From Basidiobolus meristosporus CBS 931.73 (lineage: Eukaryota > Fungi > Basidiobolomycota), in assembly GCA_002104905.1 (NCBI GenBank), contig MCFE01000543.1:1-60168 (forward strand): a stretch of DNA of 60,168 nt, read 5' to 3'. Below are positions 50,399 through 60,168 of the stretch, one piece after another. The position numbers and the translations under genes are program-made. Each line of letters begins with the position of its first letter. Positions within the stretch are counted from its first letter, which is position 1. The notes below the pieces were generated by a model that was given only the letters and a program-made list of their open reading frames with translations, ran no database searches and was not told where the DNA came from.

Positions 50399-52071
50399 AT
50401 TGACTTAAAGCCAGGCACTCTTGTCATAGGTGTTGGTGTAGTTTAGACTGACATGCACTGGCATGCTGAAGTTGCAAGGGATGGTAAGGAATCCAGCAAG
50501 GTGTGCTGGTGCAATCTATATGTTGTTGCTTGTAGTCTGTATTCTTCCTCTTGAAGCTCATCTTCTGATTCCTCAAGGTGTTCACTTACCCTCTCTCTGA
50601 TACTTTGGAACTGTTGCCTGGATGAGTCCTGTGCATATTGCTCTTGGAAGCCACTTAGCTCTATTAATATATCACATAATACTTTAGTCATTTAAAACAA
50701 AAACTCATTCAAAATACTTTTGGTTCCCAAAGTTGAGCCACAAACAGACGTGTCCAGCCTGTACTGAGCAAACTGAATTGTTCCCATGCAGCTTCCTCAT
50801 CAAATCCCCTCACTCTCAGCTCATTCTTGATTTTAATACTTGTCTTGTTATACATCTTCTTACATACATCTGCTGGCATCATGATGTAGAGCTCATGCCA
50901 TAGCTTTCTACTCAGGTTCTTCCATCACTGTGGACTATCCAAGGTATATAGTTCTGCTAGATTAATGAGTAGTGCCCTAGTATCTGTATGGAGGCTCATC
51001 ATAGACACCTGGGCCATACTGAAATCATTTGGCAAGAACTCAAACGGATCCAACATCAGCTTTTCCAGTCAGGACCATGCTTGTGAGCTGGGGGATAGGT
51101 TTTGTCTGGGTTGTACTAAAGATGAGTTGAGACTTGGTATAGAGGCCATGGTGATGTATTTGAGTACTTACACAGTAGTGTATTGGCATCAACCTGGTCT
51201 AATATGAAATATATATGAAAACTAATGTGATTGTTGAGTCTTCCATATATTATACATGCTGCATCTGGGATTGCATTGACATGAATTGGATCCCATCACT
51301 AGCAGATTTCTTATTTAATTATAGACTACTGCGTAAAACATCAATAAAGATACCAAGTTATTGTTTGAGCATGATTTTTGCAACATAATGATTGGATATA
51401 TGGCAACTGATGGAGATTTAATCATAATGCATAGAAAATCAGATAAACAAAGCCGATTGTGCCAAATCCAATCAATTCACCTCAGACCTATCACCTACCA
51501 ATTTTGATATAACTTGCTCACCGGAACGGTCATTTCTCATCCATCTTATGACTACTACTGGGCTTCCTTTTAACACATTAGAGGATACCTATACCAAGTA
51601 CTGTGGACCATCTACCCCAATCTACTCAAGGAGATCCCTTATTAAGCTTCTCTGCTATTACAAGAGCTATTGCGCCACAAGGTTTCATCCCACCATCCAT
51701 GGCAACAAAAGTCCTAAAACTTTCCTTCCCAGCTGGCAGCAATGGAAAACTACCTTCAAGCAGGCATGAATGACTTAGAGCCAGCTTGGAATACTAGGTT
51801 CAGAAGCTCCAATAGTCTTCCATATCCTGGAGTGTTCAGCAACAGGTTTCATATAAGGAGTATTTTGGATACCTTCCCAGTCAGGATTAAAAGACCTTCT
51901 AGAGGGTAGTGGCACTTTTATTCTGTCAAGTACAAGGCACACTGTGTGAAGTTTTAGGCACTGTCTGACATTGAGGGTAACATCTTCTGGTTTAGCAGGC
52001 CATTGCTGGAAGTAGGCACGACAAAGCACTCTGGGTAGAAAATTTTCCAGAATTCAGTGGAGGGGAGAAAT

Positions 52072-53018
52072 AGACTTGTTCCATTGGATAGTGCCACATT
52101 GAGCCATGAGTGCCAAATGATGCCATAGAGTGCCAAGGAATCCAAGCAAGCCTATACTTGGCCACAGGGTGTGAAACACAGCTCTGCATCTTCATGCAAA
52201 GCAGCCCCAGTGTTTCACCCATTGTGCTGGAGAAAATTCATTTTTTGACCTTTTTTACTGGATCAATGTAGCTCAGGATGTGGGAGAGCACAGAAGGACT
52301 GAAGACATGCATCTGATACTCAGTACCCATGGCACTCTGAATCTAGCTCCTGTGGCTTGTATCATGTCACAAAAACACATGGCACTATCTTGGTCCACTG
52401 GTACTATCTGGCACTATAAGTGCTTTATATAGGTTTTACTTTAGGGCTAATATTTAAATATAGTGCCTGATGTTACCAGTGGACCAAGATAGTGCCATGC
52501 ATTTTTGTGACATGATACAAGCCACAGGAGCTAGATTCAGAGTGCCATGGTTATTAGACTTGTTCCATTGTGCCATTGATCATAGTGCCAGAGAGTGCTG
52601 TATATTTTGTTATTAATTTGATATTTTAGGGTCATATGCATGTCAATTTTGATCCCAAATTGGCACTGTATGGCACCATCTGGCACTCTGAGGCATGATC
52701 AGGCACCATCTGGCATGCTATGGCACTATTGGACACTATGATCAGCTGGAATGATGGAACAAGTCTATTGAGTATCAGATGCATGTCTTCAATCTTTTTG
52801 TGTTCTTACACATCCTGTGCAACATTGATCCAAAAAAAAGGTCAAAAAGTGGATTTTCTCCAGCTCAATGAGTGAAACATAGGGGCTGCTCTGCATGAAG
52901 ATGCAGAGCTGTGTTTCACACTCTGTGGCCAAGTATAGGCTCACTTGGCCTCCTTGGCACACTATGGCATCATTTGGCACTCATGGCTCAATGTGACACT
53001 ATCCAACGGAACAAGTCT
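52072..53018. mobile_element. Palindromic MITE inserted in the PHIS transposase
   Basis: TSD AAT/AAT; 733 bp after removing the nested element; transposase colinear across it. Confidence 0.93.
52556..52766. mobile_element. 211-bp mini-MITE with the same termini
   Basis: AGACTTGTTCCAT...ATGGAACAAGTCT; TSD ATT/ATT; many TGGCAC repeats. Confidence 0.9.
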
Positions 53019-53524
53019 AATGTATGACAGACTTAGCTTATATAGGAGAGAATTGTCAGAGATTAGGATGTATTACAGCATATAGGAAGCCAAGGAATGA
53101 TGTGCTTAGCAGGAAGTAGAAGCTCTACAATTAGATACTTAATCATTTCAAAGTGAGGGTTGAGCATATATTTGGATATCTGAAGAGATTTAGCATATTG
53201 GCTGGTGAGTGCAGAGGAAAGTCATATATAGGAGAAAACAGCAGGATATGCAAAATAGTTAAGATACTCATCAATGCACAGTACATTCATACAAGAAGAC
53301 TTCCACTGAGAGAAATGTGTCTGGAGCATTATGAAGAGTAAACAAAGCAAGGAAAGCACTAATCCAAGCAATATAAGTAAGATTAAATAAAATCATCAGT
53401 AACTATATCCTACTACTGGCATTGTTGTAGAAACTACAGTGCCAAATAGTGCTGTAGAGTGCCTGATTGATCTAGCAATATAAACAGGCTGGTACTATGT
53501 GTCACTATCCAAAGGAGGAAGTCT

Positions 53525-55600
53525 AATATTCACTTACTACTCTGTTCAGTTGCAACACAGTTTTATACTTGGCTAGCAGTCTGCTGCTAAGTTACACCTT
53601 TATACTATACAGAAAAACTAACCAGTATGCAGGAAAAATATGACCACCAATTGAGTAATCATGGAAAAAGTGTAAAAATGACATGATAGCCAATCAGCAT
53701 AATCAAGTGTAGGCAATGGCACTTGGTGGGTTCTTTTTACATAAGTATCATACTAACAAATCCTGCTGGCCATTAAGTCTCATCAGCCTTGATATGCCAC
53801 TAATTGTGCAGAGTTAGAGCACAAATCTGATGGTAATCTCACTAATATCTGAGCCCAGATCACCTTCCAACCTGGATAGCTGCCTGTATCCATTATTGGA
53901 TGAGTCTTTTGCGCTGCATAACAGGTTGCTGGCAGATGGGAGCTGAGGCCAAGTACAGGTTATAATCAACTTTAGAAATACTCCAGCCATCAGCAAGATA
54001 GTTAGCTTTTCCACTTGCAATAGACAGTGTTGCTCTTAAATGTGAGAGATTAAGAGGATTTTCTTCATAGTCCCATGTATTATAACCATCTAGCCACTAA
54101 CACTAAGATCATTATCCTTCCACAGAGAGAATGTAGAGAATTCAGCATGCAATTGCAGCAAAGCTGACAAATTATAAGGCATTGGTCAGAGTACAGAGTT
54201 AACTGGCAACTAGAGATACATAAGATGCAGGGAATCTGTTGGAGCAAAAGTTTTTTTACTGCAATCAATATGTAGGTCTATGCAGCAATATCTCAACACC
54301 AATGACTAGGATACCCATGGGGTATTCCAAGCTAAATGAGTTCTTTAAGATATATGGGAAGTCTGAGAGCATTAGCAAGCTATTATGGAGTATCTGTTAC
54401 TCAATATAATTCTCACAAGCTCCAATTAGTATTCATGTGCATATGCAACAATACAAATGCAAGGACTGGATGAGCTGGATATGTATTTACTTATGTGGCC
54501 TTCTGAAGTGACCTCTGCCCAGAGTACATTGGGAGCATTGGGAATCATATGTAGACACTGTAGCAGTGTATATCCAGAAGCAGCTCACCTACACTATTTT
54601 TGATCATTTATAGCATGCATGCAAGGAGTGTGTGCCAGGACTTGGGCAGCTATACCACAAGCATACAGCCAAGTACACAGATCTCTGCCACTACTGGATC
54701 ATTCTCAACTACAACTTGCTTGGTATGTGGAGAATATTGGACCTTACTTCACTCTGTGTGGGTTTGCTGTGGAGTGGATGTGTGGGGGTTAGGAAGACAA
54801 GCTAAGCTGCTAGTAGGGCTGTAACCTAATCTCCTTAAAAATATTACCTTTAATTCTGTCATGAATCTGATGTGTGGACATATGGGGGACAGGCAGGAAG
54901 AGTTGGTAAAGTACTGATGGCAGATGTTCACATGGAGACACCAATGCCTATGACATCAAGAAGCTAAGTAGTCCCAATGTGTGGGTAATCAGTTAGGTAA
55001 GGCAAGGCTGGGTTGGGTGCAACTATCAGCTAATTTTTATCAGGACTACTTTACCAAAAAATGCCATGTTTCTCTATGTACCAGCTGCTTTATGCATCTT
55101 TCAGTCATAATTCATACAATTAAGAATCAAAGCACACTAATAAGGGGGGCCATAGTCCAGTAGAGAGAAGAAGTATACTGATCAAGTATAGAAAAGTATT
55201 TGTGATTATTCAAGAGGTATTAATGACCAAAGTGACAATAATCAAGCCTATGTTGGCAAGATCTATATGCTACAAGGCATAAAAGGTGCATATCCACTTT
55301 ACAAGTATCACACTGAGATGCCATAGAGTCAAGGTGATAGAAGTTATTTAATAGCCGCATGCATAGGCAAATATAGAGGTTAGCAAGCCAGAGGCCATTG
55401 TTTTTTTTATTAAAGCTATATCAGGAATACTCCTGGTGTCAGGGGGTAAGCAATTAAAGTGTGATTTACAGAATAATAAGGGAATGGCACAAGGAGAGGT
55501 AAAAAAATGAAATACCATCTAGTAAATTGGCATGGTATCATTGTACAGGACTAGCTGAAGGCCACTGTACTGCTATGATAATACCAACAGAAGTCTGTAT
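53525..55600 (+). pseudogene. CACTA-like transposase copy E, decayed
   Basis: NKSCWPLSLISL...PRSPSNLDSCLYPLLDE; GP..T.CGFAVEWMCG; colinear with 39.8-42.2 kb. Confidence 0.78.
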
Positions 55601-55805
55601 TCCCTATTAGAAATAATTATGCTAATACTGTCAAGAGGCAATCACAAAATTAAAGTTTTATTACTAAAAGGTATTGATTCAGTCAGGACACCATGCAAAG
55701 ACTGTTGAAAAAAACTGCATCCCAGTTTTCTCAAAACACTTGATCAAAATCTTTCATCACAACAATAAATTATTAGCCTTTGATTGGTTCTTTGCCAATT
55801 TTCAC

Positions 55806-56100
55806 ACTTTCTTATCCCAGGCACTCATTTACCTCCTATGCTTGTGTTCATTGATTAGCTATTGCCTCTTTTTCACACTCCTTACTTACTGACCTGAACA
55901 ATTCTCTTACTTTTCATACATACAAATTGATTTATTTCCATTGAGGCTTCATTTGTACCATAATTACAAATTGTATTGACCTAAATAAGTCCTTTTACCC
56001 AACATTAACATTAAGCCCAACCCCACAGGCAACAAGTAACTCCATTAAATCCACCACTCAGTAAATACTTGTACTGTGATGCCCATTTTCCATGACCTTG
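55806..56100. repeat. Unclassified repeat, paralog of 1-295
   Basis: See the 1-295 feature. Confidence 0.75.
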
Positions 56101-56640
56101 GTGGGAATCCTTTGGCTTAATGCTACCATTCATTCACTGGCTCTCATACATTCTGCTCTCCAGCTGTCAATGTAAGGTCTAGCATCTCATCTGCCAGTTT
56201 TTGCAATAAATGCTTGCAGTATCCAAATGCATATTCTCAACTACTGCACTTGCAGAAGTGCTGCAACCTCATGATGTGCCTATTGATGTTCCAAAACTCC
56301 ACTGTAGGTATTGTGATAGTCTTTGCCCTCTTGACATTGTTACTTAGTTTGTTAGTGGGATCTCCACTCTGTCTACAATGGAGGATGTGGAGGCAGTGAT
56401 AGACAAGTTGAATTTCGCAGCAAACTCATCTATCTTGCTGGAATGTGGCTCAACTGGCTGCACTTCCAACTCTTGAGAAAGTAGCTGTTTTCTTGTTGGT
56501 AATTCTTACTGGTTATTATGGAAATCAGCCTGTTCTGCATTGATGGTGTTTATTGGTGCAAACTGCTGCTTCTTTCTCATGCTTCCCTGTCTCTGGCTTG
56601 GGTAGACTTTTAGGGTCTACGGGCTGGGGGTGGTTTGGCT

Positions 56641-59136
56641 TTCTTCTTGTCAAAGACATGGGCAAACTCTTAATACTTGGCAGATATTCCATTGGAGGGG
56701 GTTCCCTCAGTGATGATAGGCTCCTGGGTCTGGGGTAGCATAGGAAAGGTGCTTCTTTACCTGAAAAATCAGGTGGTTTCATGGAGTTGACATGGTGGAT
56801 TCTGGGGAATGTCAGGATTTTGGTCTTCCAGTTGATAGCTGGGTTATGGTGACTAAGCCATGAGCTTCCAAGGACTATGAGGCAGTGGGGAGAGTTGATG
56901 ATGTTGATGGCTAGTGTCTTGTGGTGACCAGTACTGGACAGCTGGAGTAGACATGTCTCATTGGTAACAGCACCAGAAGAGAGGGATCTTCCATCAATAT
57001 CTTCTACTTGGACATGACAGGACTTAAGGACAGTGGGGATTTTGTGCTTCTGGTCATATGACTGGTTGATGAAACAGGAGGAAGCACCAGAATCTATGAG
57101 GGCAGGGACACAGACAGGGCTGGATTCAGGGATGTGGATGCTGACAGGCATTCTTAAGGACTGCATGGACTTGGTAGCATATGATTTTTCTTGAATGTGC
57201 TGAATTTTCATTGGAGGGTCCAGTTGCAAGTCTGTCATTGTAACTGGATATTGGAGTTTCCCAATAATTCACAAGAAGACTGTTTGCTGGATGATTGCAG
57301 AAGCTTGAAGCTGGACTTCTTGTTAGGACAAGACTTGGCAAGGTGGCCTGGCTGGCCACAGTAGAGGCAGAGGTTTGCCTGTTGATGTCTAGATCTTTCT
57401 TCTTTTGTGAGTTTCTTATATTTAGCACTGTCAATTTGCATAGGATCATCAGGCTTAGTATTGGGTGACTGGATTATTGGGAAGGGGGTTGGCTGATAAA
57501 TATGTTGGAATTTCTGTTTCTTCTGGAAAAGACACACATTGTCACATTGGATTGCATTATGAATATCTTCACCCAAGGTGGTTGGGTCAGGGAGAGTGAG
57601 GAGTAGGTCATTGACTTCATCATTGAGCCCATCTTGAAATTGTCTAATTAGGGCAGCATCACCCCAAAGGCTCAAATCACTGGCTAGTAGCTAAAATTCA
57701 GAAGCATAAACAGATGCAGGTCTGTTTCCTTGCTTCAAGTTCTTGATCTTGTTGGCAGCAGTTCTGGCTTGGTCAATGTTGCCAAATGCTATCTCCATTT
57801 CTGTGAGGAAGGCATGGTTGTTGCTGAGTAGAGGGGAGTTGGTTTCCACCAAAGGGGAGAACCATTTCTGGGCAGTTCCAGTCAGCAGGTTAGATATATA
57901 ACCAACTTTTGCTTGATCTATTGGGAGCTGATTGGGTTGTAGTGACAAGTGGTGTTTCACTATGTGGATGAAACCTTGGAATTTACTCTGGGAGCCATTG
58001 AACTTGGTAGTGGAAGTGATCTTGGGATCATGGTAGGAGGGAGCCTGGATAGGCTGCTGAGCATTTTGGCTCTGGAGCTGAGCAAGAGAGTTTCTGAGGT
58101 CTGCATTGTCTTGTTGCAGCTGGGCAAAGGCAGCCATGAGACTTGCAAAGTTATACTCTGGGCTGGACATGTCACAGTAGCAGGAGGCAGAGAAGTCTCT
58201 TGGACTTGTTCAGGAGTACTGGATATTGCTAGCTAATATGTGGATTATAAAGCCACTAGTTTGTCAAGAAAACAATTATTGAGCCACAATCTCCAACTGT
58301 GAATAAGTTAGCATCACTTCAGAAGGTACTGGCTTTAGTGTCCTTTGATAGAGTATTGTACTAAAGCTTTTAATACTGTAACAACTGTAAACTACACCAG
58401 CAGGGTAATAAAGTGAATGCAGCTTTGGCCAATAATCTTACAAAGGTAAAGTATCTTTGCCTTTAGAGGACAAGACTAGGGAAAGATTCAGGGTGATACT
58501 TACGGTAGGTATTCCTTTGCAAGTTCTTCTCAAGAACTTTGGGTAGAAGGCAGAGATCCACAGGTAAGTCAGGAGCAGTCTGATAAAACTGTTATGAGTA
58601 AACATAAGGCAGGAGAGTAGAGCTAGGCAAGGCATGACCAGGAATGGACTTAGGTGCGGATCAACAAGGCCAGATGTGTTTCCAAGGCATGGCAGATTTC
58701 CAAGGCAAGGCTGTTTATTCAAGACCTGTGTTTATCAGACTGAGGAATACATAAGGGGGGATAAGACTATATATACTTTTTGGCAACATGGATGCCAAGA
58801 GATATTGGCTAATACTGATGAGGTTTTGAGGTGCGGCACAGTAAGAGTGGCAAGATAAAAATATACTAAAGAACAAACTAGAATATCACATGGGGATATG
58901 TCATGGGTCAGCTGATCATGTGACCAGGTCATGTGACATGTAATTACCATATATAGTATGGGACTGCATAAATTCTAATGGGAAGCTTCCATAGAATGTT
59001 CCATTGTGTAATGCTGACTTGGAGCTTTCAAGAAGTTACTAGAATGTAATAGAACCTTCTAGAAGGAACTAGGATTTCTTCACTGACTTGATTTGGCTAG
59101 AAAATTGGAGACCAGGGATGTCATGTGATCATGACA
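56641..59136 (-). mobile_element. Truncated sister copy of the chromovirus (5' LTR 58590-59136, broken gag, protease)
   Basis: Gag and protease align with 1269-2790; [18 protein letters not shown]; LIDSGAS; similarity stops after VFDKK. Confidence 0.93.
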
Positions 59137-60168
59137 TACACATTCTGATTGGCCTTGAGTTTTTTATGGTCCTATGGTAAGCTGGCTGTAAGGGGATGCC
59201 ATGCTAGACTTCTAGTGGCCTCTTGAATATAATCCCACTCTTGATCATTGCATGCAATGGCTTCACATATCTTCAATGTCTATTGATTTGTAGGCTTTGG
59301 TATAAACACCACAGTCTCTCCCTCCCATGCTATGAAAGGTTTGTCTTTGGACTTAATCTTTGGGCATTGTTGTTATGCTTCAAGGACTGTGTGGTGCTCC
59401 TCTGCAACTACACTGAGAAATGGCTCAATTCTTTGCTGTAACATTGAGCTACTTGAGTTCCTTCTGTACAGCAAAGAGACTGTGTTCCCTACTAGCAATA
59501 TCACCTGCTCTACACATATGCTTCACTCATTTAGTTTCTGGACTATTTCCTAATTCCTCTGGGGCATAGCATCTATCCTGTCAGCCACTGCACCTAGTTG
59601 CCTCATTAATGCTTTAGTATGAGCTGTCAACATACTTACTAATACAGGTGGTGGTGATGTTATAATGGCCACTTGTTGATTTTCAACCAAACATACTGCA
59701 CTTGCTAAATATGCATCTACCTGAGCATTATGATCAGCTTGCAGCTTCACAGAGATACTCATTTGCCTACTTGACTAGGACCCTGAGGAGTCTGCATTAT
59801 TACCATTGTTGGGCACACTCTTGACATGGCTTTTTTTGGTTGTAGCCCTGCTTGTTGCACTGAATATCAGAGCAAGTTGTTGCCCAACAATCCTTCTGCT
59901 GCTGTCAACAGTGGCTTTCAGTTGGGAACCAGGAAACTATGCTTTATTTTGTGGCAGAATAGAAAAGACTAGTAAGTATACATATATGATATCATAGCAT
60001 TACATTGTTTAATGTCAAACTGTTGGCCCCATGGAGATGACTACTTTGACTCAATGCCATAAGTGAAGAGAAAAAGGACCATGTGGCTATTGTTACAAGA
60101 CTCTCAGCCATGAAGCATGTAGGCAGCATAGGAGGTATTACAAGAGTCAAGGACAATGCTTTGCCACA
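59137..60168. mobile_element. CACTA-like element copy F (ORF-A and transposase start, runs off the window)
   Basis: Colinear with 6680-7760. Confidence 0.78.

Larger units (their letters stand above)
45475..53524 (+). mobile_element. PHIS transposon copy 3, fragmented by five insertions
   Basis: Left end matches the reverse complement of 19781; right end at 53524; removing 3 solo LTRs and 2 MITEs with their TSDs leaves 3408 bp versus 3416 bp for copy 2. Confidence 0.9.

Noticed and set aside
52069-53021. Reading the MITE ends as TA-flanked (Tc1/mariner-like)
   Set aside because: The empty-site comparison requires a 3-bp duplication, and the matched ACT, ATT, AAT and TTT pairs fit termini starting AGAC
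1-60168. Host genes, tRNA/rRNA genes, CRISPR arrays, prokaryotic operons
   Set aside because: Every long ORF is TE-derived or overlaps TE sequence; there are no regularly spaced short repeats and no recognisable RNA gene

Overview
This is a eukaryotic, probably fungal (inferred), transposable-element nest. I found no host gene, RNA gene or CRISPR array in the 60 kb. Main components: (1) a young full-length Ty3/Gypsy chromovirus (342-6243; 521-bp LTRs with 5 mismatches; GCTTG TSD) showing a Tf1-type self-priming signature and a GGGAAAC+hairpin -1 frameshift, plus a truncated sister copy (56641-59136, minus strand); (2) several Ty1/Copia elements, one with both LTRs and a TSD (15267-23041, TSD AATAC); (3) three copies of a ~3.4-kb DDE_Tnp_4 (PIF/Harbinger-ISL2EU 'PHIS' group) transposon with AGACTTGTTCC termini, mostly ANT 3-bp TSDs and extra unknown ORFs, together with ~730-bp palindromic MITEs that share its ends; (4) six pieces of a CACTA/EnSpm (Transposase_21/DUF4218-like) element carrying a divergent orphan ORF; (5) four solo LTRs whose 4-bp TSDs reconstruct to CpG-centred sites; (6) older Gypsy and Copia debris. 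CpG is strongly depleted, and CpG>TpG/CpA decay is visible in LTR pairs, TSDs and conserved Arg codons. All alignments and identities are by eye. Family assignments rest on remembered motifs, not database searches.
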